Assembly (NCBI GenBank): GCA_964352335.1
Contig: CAYGRO010000002.1
Coordinates: forward strand, 77,138 to 141,137
Direction: 5' to 3'
Source: an uncultured Gammaproteobacteria bacterium
Lineage (GTDB): Bacteria; Patescibacteriota; Patescibacteriia; VMEV01; CAYQCH01
DNA length: 64,000 nt
Shown here: in pieces, positions 45,915-55,842 of the stretch
Layout of the letters: the number at the start of each line of letters is the position of its first letter
Numbering within the stretch: the first letter of the stretch is position 1
Notes under the pieces: model-generated
What the model saw: only the letters and a program-made list of their open reading frames with translations
What the model was told of the DNA's origin: nothing
Databases searched by the model: none
Translations under genes and position numbers: made by a program

Positions 45915-46739
45915 TTATTCTTCTGATTCTTCTTTTTTAGGTCTTCCACGTTTCTTAGGTGCTGGTGCTTCTACTTCAGAGTCAGACATCATTTCATCTT
46001 CAGGCTCTTCTTCTAGAACAACAGGTTCTTCCGTTCGTACTGTTTGTGATTCTAAATCACTTTCTAATAGAACGCTAAAGTGATCTACGATAATTTGAGA
46101 TGCAATAGCAACGGCTTCTTTAATACCAAGAGTTCCATCTGTTTCGATATCTAATTGTACTTGTTCGAAGTTAGTTACTTGTCCTACACGTACATTATCT
46201 ACTTGCATTGCAACATTTTTGATTGGCGTATAAATAGAATCAATAGCCATCATTCCAATTTCTTTCTTTTCTTCAGATCGAGTTTCTGTTGGAACATACC
46301 CTCTTCCTTTAGAGGCAATTAATTCCATTTCAAACTCAGTAGATTCATTTGTTAATGTAGCAATGTGTAAATCAGGGCTTGTGATTTCAGCATCAGCATT
46401 TGCTTCAATATCTGCAGCAGTAATAGGACCTTTTCCTTTTTTCTTCAATGTTAAACGAACTTCTTCATCTGAATGAAGTTTCAATTTAAGTTGTTTCAGG
46501 TTTAAGATAATATCTACTACATCTTCTTTTACTCCATCTAATGTAGAAAATTCATGGTCAACACCTTTGATTTTTACAGAAATAATTGCAGCACCTGGAA
46601 TAGATGAAAGTAATACACGTCTTAATGCATTACCGATAGTAATTCCATACCCTGCGAATAAAGGCTCGATAGTCAAAACTCCACGATTCGTGTCGATTTC
46701 TTTGAGCTCAAACTTGTTTGGTAAAGGGATCTTTTCCAT
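45915..46739 (-). CDS. rpoA: RNA polymerase alpha subunit (no alpha-CTD)
   Basis: IEPL..GYGITIGNALRRVLLSSIPG, HEFST..GVKEDV; C-terminus is a low-complexity acidic/basic tail. Confidence 0.95.
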   Translation of the reverse strand: MEKIPLPNKFELKEIDTNRGVLTIEPLFAGYGITIGNALRRVLLSSIPGAAIISVKIKGVDHEFSTLDGVKEDVVDIILNLKQLKLKLHSDEEVRLTLKKKGKGPITAADIEANADAEITSPDLHIATLTNESTEFEMELIASKGRGYVPTETRSEEKKEIGMMAIDSIYTPIKNVAMQVDNVRVGQVTNFEQVQLDIETDGTLGIKEAVAIASQIIVDHFSVLLESDLESQTVRTEEPVVLEEEPEDEMMSDSEVEAPAPKKRGRPKKEESEE

Positions 46740-46774
46740 AGGTCTTATATTAAAATAGATGATTTATTTTTATT

Positions 46775-47410
46775 TTAGAATCTAGAGTAAAACTCAATGA
46801 TTTGGTTAGCTTCAATAGTATCTTTAAGATCATTGCTATCTGGGAAGCTTACAATTTTTCCTTCTAATGAACCAGCATCTAATGAAAGCCATGAAGGTAA
46901 TTGTAATTGTTTCAGTTTTTCAGAAAGATCTCTAAACATTGGTTTTTGTTTACTTGCATCTTTGATAGAGATAACATCTCCCATTACCACTTGGTAAGAA
47001 GGAATATCCATTTTCTTTCCATTCACAAGTAAATGACCATGAGTAACCATTTGACGAGCTTGTGTTCTAGAACCAGCTAATCCAAGTCTGTAAACAACAT
47101 TGTCGAATCTTCGTTCCAAAATTCGTTTAAGATCTAAAGCAGAATCTTCGTGAGTTGTTGCTTTTTTATAGTAATTCACGAATTGTTTTTCCATAACACC
47201 ATACATTCGTTTTGCTTTTTGCTTTGCACGTAATTGTTGTCCATATTCAGACATACGTGGTTGACGCTTAACACCATGCACACCTGGCATGTAGTTACGC
47301 TTAACAATTGCACATTTTGATGTATAACAACGATCCCCCTTTAAAAAGAGTTTTTCACCTTCGCGTCTGCAAAGTTTACATGAAGCTTGTAATGTAGTAG
47401 TTCGTGCCAT
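46775..47410 (-). CDS. rpsD: 30S ribosomal protein S4
   Basis: CKLCRREGEKLFLKG, SEYGQQLRAKQK and ARQMVTHGH. Confidence 0.97.
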   Translation of the reverse strand: MARTTTLQASCKLCRREGEKLFLKGDRCYTSKCAIVKRNYMPGVHGVKRQPRMSEYGQQLRAKQKAKRMYGVMEKQFVNYYKKATTHEDSALDLKRILERRFDNVVYRLGLAGSRTQARQMVTHGHLLVNGKKMDIPSYQVVMGDVISIKDASKQKPMFRDLSEKLKQLQLPSWLSLDAGSLEGKIVSFPDSNDLKDTIEANQIIEFYSRF

Positions 47411-47425
47411 AGGTATTCAATTCGA

Positions 47426-47815
47426 TTATACTCGACGTGGTTTTTTAGGTCGACATCCATTATGAGGAATAGGAGTTAAGTCTCTGATAGAAGTTACTTG
47501 CATTCCATTTGCATTAAGTGATCGAACAGCAGCTTCTCTTCCAGAACCGATTCCTTTTACAAATACATCTACTTCTTTGATCCCAGCTTCGTTTGCTCGT
47601 TCAACACAGTCTTTTACAATAACACCTGCAGCATAAGCTGTTGCCTTTTTAGGACCTCTAAATCCCATTTTACCAGCACTAGACCAAGAAACAGCATTTC
47701 CATTCTGATCAGTAATAGTAACAATAGTATTATTATAAGAAGCCTTAACATGCGCTTGTCCTCGTGGACCAACGTTATTTTTTACTTTTTTCTTTTTTAC
47801 AGGTTTAGCTGCCAT
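47426..47815 (-). CDS. rpsK: 30S ribosomal protein S11
   Basis: ASYNNTIVT and [12 protein letters not shown]. Confidence 0.97.
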   Translation of the reverse strand: MAAKPVKKKKVKNNVGPRGQAHVKASYNNTIVTITDQNGNAVSWSSAGKMGFRGPKKATAYAAGVIVKDCVERANEAGIKEVDVFVKGIGSGREAAVRSLNANGMQVTSIRDLTPIPHNGCRPKKPRRV

Positions 47816-47844
47816 AGTAAGAGATATTAGATGTAGATGCTAGT

Positions 47845-48228
47845 TTAAGTTTTTGAAACAGCGATTTTACCACTTCCCATAGTTCGACGCACATTTCCTC
47901 GAACAGTACGATTATTGGTTTTTGTTCGTTGTCCACGCGCAGGAAGTCTTTTTGCATGACGTGATCCTCTATATGTTCCAATTGCTTTATAACGACGGAT
48001 ATTTGTTAAAACTTCACGTTTAAGATCACCTTCTGTTGTGTATTCACCTAATGCTTCACGAATTTTGTCTAAATCAGTTTCTGCTAGATCTTTTGTACGG
48101 ATAGATTCATCAATTCCAGCAACTTTTAATACAGCTTCTGAAGTTGTTCTACCAATTCCGAAAATATACGTTAAAGAAATAACGATTCGTTTTTCATTAG
48201 GAATGTTTACACCAGCAACACGTGCCAT
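47845..48228 (-). CDS. rpsM: 30S ribosomal protein S13
   Basis: MARVAGVNIP, LTYIFGIG and RGQRTKTN. Confidence 0.97.
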   Translation of the reverse strand: MARVAGVNIPNEKRIVISLTYIFGIGRTTSEAVLKVAGIDESIRTKDLAETDLDKIREALGEYTTEGDLKREVLTNIRRYKAIGTYRGSRHAKRLPARGQRTKTNNRTVRGNVRRTMGSGKIAVSKT

Positions 48229-48320
48229 ATTGGTACAACTGACAATTAACCTCTGACCACTGACATGTTCTAAATCATGTCGCTCGTCAGGTGTTAGTTG
48301 TGAGTGGTTAGTTGTTTAAA

Positions 48321-48434
48321 TTATCCTTGTCTTTGTTTATGTCTTGGATTTTTACAAATTACAACAACACGTCCTTTTCGTCGGGTTGTACTGCAATCTT
48401 TACATCGTTTTTTTACAGAAGCCTGAACTTTCAT
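48321..48434 (-). CDS. rpmJ: 50S ribosomal protein L36 (missed by the ORF track)
   Basis: [37 protein letters not shown]. Confidence 0.97.
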   Translation of the reverse strand: MKVQASVKKRCKDCSTTRRKGRVVVICKNPRHKQRQG

Positions 48435-48446
48435 AGTGTTGATAAA

Positions 48447-48734
48447 TTAGTAACGGAAGACAATTCGTCCTTTTGTTAAGTCGTATGGAGTCATTTCTAC
48501 TTTAACTTTATCTCCAGGGGTAATACGGATGCGAAACATACGCATTTTTCCACCAAGATGAGCCAAAATTTCATGTCCATTGTCTAATTCTACTTTAAAT
48601 GTTCCCGCTGGAAGTGACTCAAGAACTTCACCATCAACATGGAGAAAGTCACCGTCTTTTTTCCCAGCAGCCGCTGCTCGTTCTTCTTTACTTCGACGAA
48701 CAGGTTGCTGACCCTTCTTATTTTTTTTTGCCAT
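48447..48734 (-). CDS. infA: Translation initiation factor IF-1 with basic N-terminal extension
   Basis: [53 protein letters not shown]; start set at MAKKNKK. Confidence 0.93.
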   Translation of the reverse strand: MAKKNKKGQQPVRRSKEERAAAAGKKDGDFLHVDGEVLESLPAGTFKVELDNGHEILAHLGGKMRMFRIRITPGDKVKVEMTPYDLTKGRIVFRY

Positions 48735-49020
48735 AAGGTCAAGAACCGAAAAATGAAGTAGAAACAAATAAACCACAAGACCTGCTAAGCAAGTGATAGA
48801 GGTCTTCTGGCACATTTTATGCTTAAAAAAAATGGGATTTCCCATTCCTTTTAGGTTGCTGACAGTATACAATATCTCTTGGGATTGTCAACATTTGAGT
48901 GTTCATCTAATCCATTTTTCTAAATCTTAGTCAATTCCCCTATTTTAGGGGCTTTTTACAGAGTTATCCACACCCAATTCCGAAAGCCTCAAAAGACACA
49001 TCCACCTTGAATTCTTATAT

Positions 49021-49659
49021 TTAATTATGAAATTCGAGGGAATTAATGAGACTTTTCAAGGTTTCATTCTCTTCTGGATATGAAATGATATAGTTTAAAC
49101 CTTTATGCCCTACAAAAAGGAAGACCATTTTTTGATCAAAATGACGCTCACCTCTTGGGCTTTTAAAGGTTTCAGTAATAGTAAACTGGTAAGAATTTTT
49201 ACCAGCAAATTCTGTTCTTTCAATGGTGCTAACTAATTTTGTATCTGAATTTAAACTATTATCTTCAGTATTTACTCGCCAAATCTCATTTGCAAAATCA
49301 ATTAGCGGCAATTCCATCTGGTCTTTAAGATGTTGCAAAGTCAATGATTCTGGGTCTTGGACTTCTACACTCGCAATTTCTCGAGAATCCATTTCTATGA
49401 AACGTAATGAATTTGATTGATTTGGCTCTTTTAAGTAATCCAAGCTTAACGGTTTATCTAAATCATCAGATAATTCAACAGAATAGAAAAAAACTTCATT
49501 TACTAAACGACCATCTTCTTTAGCTTGATCAAGAGATCGAAAGTTCGTTACCTTGCCTGAATCTGGATTATCATTCGTAAAATTAATCTTATTCGGTTGA
49601 GTAGCACACCCAGCGCCGAGTAAAATCAACCCAAGTGTTACTGATAGAAGTTTTTTCAT
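49021..49659 (-). CDS. Lipoprotein, hypothetical (PsbP-like fold possible)
   Basis: Lipobox LLGAGC. Confidence 0.6.
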   Translation of the reverse strand: MKKLLSVTLGLILLGAGCATQPNKINFTNDNPDSGKVTNFRSLDQAKEDGRLVNEVFFYSVELSDDLDKPLSLDYLKEPNQSNSLRFIEMDSREIASVEVQDPESLTLQHLKDQMELPLIDFANEIWRVNTEDNSLNSDTKLVSTIERTEFAGKNSYQFTITETFKSPRGERHFDQKMVFLFVGHKGLNYIISYPEENETLKSLINSLEFHN

Positions 49660-50519
49660 AAAATTTTATTTATCAATGTATTAACAGGATTCATATCTCC
49701 ATCACCAGTAATAATTGCATCAAAGGATGCTTGATAGAGTTTTAGCTCATCATTTACTTGGTAATCTGTATTATAAAAACCAATTGTGAGTAGCTCATTA
49801 GAGTCAAAACCGTCAATCATACCAAGATCACCTAAACCATCCCTCATAAGTAGTACATTTTTTCTCTCTTTTACTTCCTCATACACGGGTAACCCTTTGA
49901 TAATCACTTCATATTTGTTTAAAGAATGTACGATAGGCTTTTTAACGCCAGTTACTTTCCCATCAGTATCAAATTCAAACAAATTTGTGACTAAATGAAT
50001 ATTTGGATAATTTCTTCCCGTTTTTTCTAGATACAAACGAATCATATCTCCTAAACTAGCAGACATGATCACAACAGGTATTTCTTTTTCATGCATGAGG
50101 TCTAAAAACTCTAGGGCACCTTCTCTAAACATTCTTGGATATTGATCTACAACTTCTTGTAAAACATCTAATGTTAATCCACTTTTAGCCAGAAGATCAA
50201 AATGCGCTTGCCACCAATCGTCCATCTCTTTCACTCGCTCTGCAAGTGGAATGGTTTGGTCTACTTCTATTGGTTGATAATGATTGTATAAACGATGCGC
50301 TTCTGCGGCATATTCTTCTGAAAGATAATTTCCAGAACGAAGCCGAGAAATAATAGAAGGCGTTTTTTCTCCATCAATCATTCCTTGGGTAAGGGTTCGA
50401 TCAAAGTCGGTTAACACATGTAACTTTTCTGGACCAGCTTCTTTGAGTTTTTGAAGCTTGGCATCGAAAGCTTCTTTATTTTGGATAAGGAATTCTTGGT
50501 TCTGGGGAAGTTTTTCCAT
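49656..50519 (-). CDS. Pyrimidine 5'-nucleotidase (UMPH-1/cN-III-like HAD)
   Basis: LHVLTDFDRTLT, M.DWW..H, FREG, IVHSLNK, NVLLMRDGLGDLGM and LTIGF motifs. Confidence 0.8.
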   Translation of the reverse strand: MEKLPQNQEFLIQNKEAFDAKLQKLKEAGPEKLHVLTDFDRTLTQGMIDGEKTPSIISRLRSGNYLSEEYAAEAHRLYNHYQPIEVDQTIPLAERVKEMDDWWQAHFDLLAKSGLTLDVLQEVVDQYPRMFREGALEFLDLMHEKEIPVVIMSASLGDMIRLYLEKTGRNYPNIHLVTNLFEFDTDGKVTGVKKPIVHSLNKYEVIIKGLPVYEEVKERKNVLLMRDGLGDLGMIDGFDSNELLTIGFYNTDYQVNDELKLYQASFDAIITGDGDMNPVNTLINKIL

Positions 50520-50627
50520 AGTAGAAAGTTTGTGAAACTTTAGTTACAGGTTGCAAGGTTGAAACTCTAATGCTTTACAACTTTACTCCCATACGATTCT
50601 ATGCCTTTACACTTTACGCTCTACGCT

Positions 50628-52481
50628 TTACTCAATAACAGCCTTAATTCGCCTCACACCTGCAGAACTCGCTTCTTCTTTTTTAATTTTGAAGCTACCA
50701 AGTTCTTTAGTGTTTTTTACATGAGGGCCACCGCAAATTTCGTAGGAGAAATCTCCCATTTTGTAGACTTTTACATTATTCCCGTATTTATCTTCAAAAA
50801 GTCCAATAGCCCCATTCTTACGAGCCTCTTCGATATCTAATTCTTCAAAGCTCACTTCTAATTCACGATTAATTTGTTCATTCACAATAGCTTCTACTTG
50901 TTGCTTTTCTTCTGGTGTCAATTTTCTGTCGAAATTAAAATCAAATCGTAAACGTTCCGGTGTAATATTACTTCCCTTTTGTTCAACCTCTTCTCCTAAA
51001 ACATTCTTTAAAGCTTGGTGAAGTAAATGGGTTGCGGTATGTAAACGAGTAGAAGCTTCTGAATGATCGGCTAAACCACCAGCAAATTTTTGTTTTGCCC
51101 CTTCTCGCGAAAGATTTTGATGTTGTTCCATTTCTACAGTAAAAGCAGGCATATCTACTTCTAGTCCTTTTTCAGCAGCAAGCTCTTGGGTCATTTCTAC
51201 CGGGAAACCATAAGTAGCAAATAATTGAAAAGCTTGTGGACCTGTAATAGCAGCTTGATGTTCTAGTTTCTCAAATTCTTTAAGTCCTTTTTGTAGGGTT
51301 TTTTTGAATTTTTCTTCTTCATTTGTAACAGCTTCTAAAACAAACCCCTTCTTTGTTTCTAACTCTGGATAAGCTTGTTTGTATTGCTCAATAAATCCTT
51401 CAATAATTTCACCACAGAATTTTTCTTCAATTTCTAGTACATGACCAAATCGAACAGCACGACGAATTAAACGACGTGTAAAGTAACCTTGATCTTTATT
51501 ACTTGGTACAGCTCCATCTGCAATCAAGAATGTTGCTGCTCGTAAATGATCCAGTATCACACGATAAGCAGATGTAATGTCCTTTGAATCCGTATAGCTT
51601 TTCCCTGAAACAGCTTGTATTGCTTCTCGAGCTTTATCAAAAATTGTAAGTAAGAAAACATCTGCAACATCTTGATTGGCAGCCGCTAAACGTTCTACCC
51701 CACCACCAAAATCAATGTTTTTATTTGGCAAAGTGTTAAACCCATCATTCGTTTTAACATATTGCATGAATACATTATTCCCAATTTCAAAGAAGCGACC
51801 ACAATCGCAAGCGACATGACAGGGCTGATCATTCCATTCTGAATTTTCATGGAATTGTAAATCAGCTCCAAAATCCCAAAACATTTCTGAATCTGGACCA
51901 CCAGGTTCTCCTACTGGCATTTTTTCTGGGACACCAACTCGAGACCACCAGTTTTCTGATTCTGGATAGTAAAAAATTTTACCATCTTGCATTCCGTCTC
52001 GTTCAGCAAAATCTACAATACCTGCTTCAATACCAACACTCGCGAATTGTTTTTTCCACAATTCTGCTGCTTCTGTATCTTTTTCTAAACCTAATCCCTC
52101 ATTTCCACGATAGACAGAGATATAAAGTCGACTGGGATCTAAATTGATTTCGTTTACTAAAAAATCAAAAATCCATTCAATTTGTTCATTTTTAAAATAA
52201 TCACCTAAAGACCAATTCCCAAGCATTTCAAAGAATGTTGTATGACGGTTGTCTCCAATTTCTTCGATATCACCAGAACGAAAACATTTTTGAGAATCTG
52301 TTAAGCGAGTCCCTTCTGGGTGTGATTCTCCTAAGAGATAAGGGACCATTGGTTGCATTCCAGACCCTGTGAATAAAGTTGTTGGGTCATTTTCTGGGAT
52401 TAACGAAGCTGAAGCAAGCCGTTTATGCCCCTTTTGTTCAAAATAAGATAGATATTTTTCTCTAATTTCATTGATATTCAT
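50628..52481 (-). CDS. alaS: Alanine-tRNA ligase (short form without C-Ala domain)
   Basis: RHTTFFEMLGNWS, DFGGGVER, DHLRA, HTATHLL and EICGGPHV motifs. Confidence 0.95.
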   Translation of the reverse strand: MNINEIREKYLSYFEQKGHKRLASASLIPENDPTTLFTGSGMQPMVPYLLGESHPEGTRLTDSQKCFRSGDIEEIGDNRHTTFFEMLGNWSLGDYFKNEQIEWIFDFLVNEINLDPSRLYISVYRGNEGLGLEKDTEAAELWKKQFASVGIEAGIVDFAERDGMQDGKIFYYPESENWWSRVGVPEKMPVGEPGGPDSEMFWDFGADLQFHENSEWNDQPCHVACDCGRFFEIGNNVFMQYVKTNDGFNTLPNKNIDFGGGVERLAAANQDVADVFLLTIFDKAREAIQAVSGKSYTDSKDITSAYRVILDHLRAATFLIADGAVPSNKDQGYFTRRLIRRAVRFGHVLEIEEKFCGEIIEGFIEQYKQAYPELETKKGFVLEAVTNEEEKFKKTLQKGLKEFEKLEHQAAITGPQAFQLFATYGFPVEMTQELAAEKGLEVDMPAFTVEMEQHQNLSREGAKQKFAGGLADHSEASTRLHTATHLLHQALKNVLGEEVEQKGSNITPERLRFDFNFDRKLTPEEKQQVEAIVNEQINRELEVSFEELDIEEARKNGAIGLFEDKYGNNVKVYKMGDFSYEICGGPHVKNTKELGSFKIKKEEASSAGVRRIKAVIE

Positions 52482-52529
52482 AGGATTTCTCTATTTTCAT
52501 TGATCTTTGTAGATTCCTAGTTTAACGAA

Positions 52530-53369
52530 CTATTTCACATCTTTCAATGCCCATTCATGGCCATGATGCTTCATTCTAGTTAGAAGTAACTTGTCGATCG
52601 TGTCGGCCTCTTCTTCAGAAGAAGTATATCGATATCCCGATAATTCTTCGAAAGCTTGCTTCAAATCTTCCGGCATATTTACTAAGAGATTGCCAGAAGG
52701 AAGATCGTGGGTGCGTAAGAATGAGTTAGCCAGAGATTCATAGGCTGTAGCAGGATGAATATCTCTTGTGAGACTACTATCAACAGGATCCAAATATTGT
52801 AGAATGACACCTACAGAATCTAAAAGCCCCAGTGCATACTTTGAATCCGAATCCTGAGGCATAAAATCTCCCTCTCCATTCGCAATTCGATTCTCATATT
52901 CAATTTGCCGTACTCGATTATACTCAGTGTTTAGATCAACAGTAAGAATTAATCGTTCATCCTCTGATAATTCTTTCCCATCTAAAATCTCGCCTATCAA
53001 AGTGATTGCGTCATCGAATTCGTCTATAGGGTGAGAACCCAGCTGCTGAACATATCCTACATAAAAAGATCGGAAATCAGAAAAAACACTCTTGAAAAGA
53101 GATAATACTGCAAGTTTCCCAAATTCATTTTCGATAAAGTCAAAAAATTTTTTTCGATCTTCAAGCTCCATCGTCGAACTAAAATCAGGTGATTTGTATT
53201 CAGACTCAGGAATGATCAATCTCGATACCTCATCACCTAAAAACGCCATGAAAGCAACTTTCTCTCTTTCTAACTCAACAGAGCGCATCAATTCAGCTAA
53301 ATGCTGTGCTTGTTGCTCAATATCATTTTCTGCATTCCCTCGTCCTAATTCCCGTTTTCTTTGGTCCAT
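52530..53369 (-). CDS. Hypothetical acidic protein
   Basis: Long ORF with no recognisable motif; start set at MDQRK. Confidence 0.5.
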   Translation of the reverse strand: MDQRKRELGRGNAENDIEQQAQHLAELMRSVELEREKVAFMAFLGDEVSRLIIPESEYKSPDFSSTMELEDRKKFFDFIENEFGKLAVLSLFKSVFSDFRSFYVGYVQQLGSHPIDEFDDAITLIGEILDGKELSEDERLILTVDLNTEYNRVRQIEYENRIANGEGDFMPQDSDSKYALGLLDSVGVILQYLDPVDSSLTRDIHPATAYESLANSFLRTHDLPSGNLLVNMPEDLKQAFEELSGYRYTSSEEEADTIDKLLLTRMKHHGHEWALKDVK

Positions 53370-53410
53370 AGTATTTATCAAAAGCTGATAGTTAAGATAG
53401 AGAAATTTTG

Positions 53411-54646
53411 TTAACAAGCACCCTCACTAGTTTCTGTCACCCCAGCATTTCCTGCTAAACAACTATTTCCATAGGTTCGCCCATTGCTTCCACAAACAGG
53501 GTTAAAGTCAGCTGGACATTCTTCTTGTGGGTAGAGAGATGAAATATCTCGGCCTGAAATTAATGTGTCTGCTAATAGTGTGTAAACTCCTTTTGGATAA
53601 AATTCCGTATCTGCTTTAATAGAAAAAACAAGAGCATAATCATTACCTGTAGAGAAATAGCGTAAATCAAGCAAATCTTGTGGAAGATCAATTTCATGAT
53701 AAACAATAGGGTCTTTTAATGTCCCGAAAAAACCATTTGGATTGGTTAAAATCATTCTTCCTGGTTTCCCAATAACATCCCCCTCTAATTGACTCAGTGG
53801 ATAGCCGTTTATATCTGAATAATAAAAACCTAATGCGGTTTGCAATTCGAGCATTTCATTGATCACTGCTAAAGCATCGTCTGATGCTTCTAACAACTGA
53901 TATTGCTTTGACGTCAAATATTCACTGCGACGCATTAACTTACCACCAACATGCCAATAATATTTATCTCGCGCTAAATAACCAAAATGCTCTAAAGACA
54001 ATGGACTTGTTAATTCAAAGGTGATGAGAACTGTCCCCTCTTTTTCTAATCGACGAATAACGCCTTCATTTAATGCTTCTGTAACTCCACGGTCAGATTG
54101 ACCTGTAATTTCGGCATTTACAGCGCGAGTAGCAATATCAATTTCTGTTAAAGAATGATAATAAGCATTGGACAATTGTAAACGAGAAAACTCTTTAGGA
54201 TCTACACCAATGGCCAAATCTTTAAAGACGCGTTCAGCATCTGCTGGCTGACCAATGAAATAGCGTTGATTATTTTCTGGCCATACATACCAAGCCTGAT
54301 TATTTTCTTCTGTTTGTAATAAAATTCTTCCAGAAAACTGTTCTGCTAATTCCGTATCAACTTGACTTGAATGAACACCTTCTCCTTTTAACTTTTGCAA
54401 ATTTTCATTACTAATCCCAAGACCAAGTTGTTGCATTAAAGCTAGTGCATCCTCTGGTTTGCCTAAATAATGAATTTTTCCTGTGGTTCGATCGGCATAC
54501 CATGCTTCATCAGGTTTATCTGTTTGAATAAGAAAATGCCCTTTTAGCTCTTCTGTTAAACCAGAATTGATATTGCCTGAACTAGACGGTATTGCTAATA
54601 CGGCAAATAGTCCAAAAAATAGAGCTGTATATCTTAAAGCTTTCAT
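53411..54646 (-). CDS. Secreted protein with duplicated G(R/H)xLxQT..EAWY repeats and a C-terminal Kazal domain
   Basis: Two GxxLxQT...AWY...LGLGI-type repeats; CPADFNPVCGSNGRTYGNSC. Confidence 0.7.
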   Translation of the reverse strand: MKALRYTALFFGLFAVLAIPSSSGNINSGLTEELKGHFLIQTDKPDEAWYADRTTGKIHYLGKPEDALALMQQLGLGISNENLQKLKGEGVHSSQVDTELAEQFSGRILLQTEENNQAWYVWPENNQRYFIGQPADAERVFKDLAIGVDPKEFSRLQLSNAYYHSLTEIDIATRAVNAEITGQSDRGVTEALNEGVIRRLEKEGTVLITFELTSPLSLEHFGYLARDKYYWHVGGKLMRRSEYLTSKQYQLLEASDDALAVINEMLELQTALGFYYSDINGYPLSQLEGDVIGKPGRMILTNPNGFFGTLKDPIVYHEIDLPQDLLDLRYFSTGNDYALVFSIKADTEFYPKGVYTLLADTLISGRDISSLYPQEECPADFNPVCGSNGRTYGNSCLAGNAGVTETSEGAC

Positions 54647-54649
54647 AAT

Positions 54650-55753
54650 TTAGCTAATAATTGCATTTCCTAATAATTCATCACCTTGATAAAAAACAAT
54701 TACTTGACCAGGTGTAATTGCTCTTTGTGATTGCATAAACCGAACAAAAAGCTTTGATTCATCTTCATGTGGACGAAAAGAAAGCTCAACATCTTGTAGG
54801 TCTTGATTATACCTAATTTTTGCTTTGCATTCCATTGGAAGTTTTTTGATTTTTCCATCTACCCAATAAAGCTCTTCACAAATAAGTGAGTCTTCTAATA
54901 AATCTTGTTCATTATTACTCACGATCAAAGTATTTGATTTCGCATCTTTTTTCACAACAAAGTATGGTTTTGTCTCTTCTGACTGAACTTTGATATGCAA
55001 ACCTTTTCTCTGACCAATTGTATAAAAAGCAACTCCATCATGCTCCCCTATTTGATTACCATTTTTATCTTGGATTACTCCCTTATCTTGTATTGTATAT
55101 TGTTCTAAAAATTTTTTTAATTTCACATCACCAACAAAACAAATACCTTTTGTTGATGGTTTATCTGCAACAAGATCTAAACCTAATGCTTTTGCTTTTT
55201 CTCTTACTTGTGCTTTTGTAAAAACCCCAATTGGAAAAAGAGAATGACGTAATTGGTGTTGATTCAAACTCGCGAGAAAATACGATTGATCTTTTTCAGA
55301 ATCAATACCTCTCAAAATTTTATACCCATCTCTTTGTTCTTTTCCTGATTGAGGAAAACGTCGAATATGGTGACCCGTTGCAATATAGTCTGCTCCATTC
55401 TCTAAGGCCCAATCTAAAAAGGATCCAAATTTAATTACCTGATTACACAAAATATCTGGATTTGGCGTTCTCCCAGCGGTATATTCTTGTACAAAATAGG
55501 AGAAAACATACTCTTTATATTCTTTTTCAAAATTAACCGTTTCAATCGGAATATTTAACTGAGCCGCAATTGCAATTGCATCTCGACGATCTTCTACCCA
55601 TGGGCAGTATCCAGCATCTTCTAAGTCATCTGACCATATTTTTAAGAAGACCCCCCTTACATCGTATCCTTGCTCCAATAACAAAGCCCCTGCAAGTGCT
55701 GAATCAACACCTCCAGAAAGACCTAAATAAACAATGGGCTTTTGATTAGTCAT
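54650..55753 (-). CDS. mnmA: tRNA 2-thiouridylase MnmA
   Basis: SGGVDS, GRTPNPDILCN, ATGH, KDQSYFL, GICF and TPGQ motifs. Confidence 0.96.
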   Translation of the reverse strand: MTNQKPIVYLGLSGGVDSALAGALLLEQGYDVRGVFLKIWSDDLEDAGYCPWVEDRRDAIAIAAQLNIPIETVNFEKEYKEYVFSYFVQEYTAGRTPNPDILCNQVIKFGSFLDWALENGADYIATGHHIRRFPQSGKEQRDGYKILRGIDSEKDQSYFLASLNQHQLRHSLFPIGVFTKAQVREKAKALGLDLVADKPSTKGICFVGDVKLKKFLEQYTIQDKGVIQDKNGNQIGEHDGVAFYTIGQRKGLHIKVQSEETKPYFVVKKDAKSNTLIVSNNEQDLLEDSLICEELYWVDGKIKKLPMECKAKIRYNQDLQDVELSFRPHEDESKLFVRFMQSQRAITPGQVIVFYQGDELLGNAIIS

Positions 55754-55842
55754 AGTCCAATATTAAATCACAGAAACTAGGATTAGTCAAGATTCTAGCA
55801 ACTTGGGTAGTCGCTACTTTCCTACTCTCCTACAGGCTATTT

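Noticed and set aside
48735-48872. Upstream extensions of called ORFs (infA to 48872; also rnhA to 32350 and ftsX to 12317)
   Set aside because: They run through intergenic, promoter or repeat sequence or overlap the upstream gene, and downstream starts fit the protein families better.
13889-48973. DnaA boxes (TTATCCACA or its complement at ~13889, 17419 and 48964)
   Set aside because: They are isolated and widely scattered, with no cluster or dnaA gene, so this is not an oriC.
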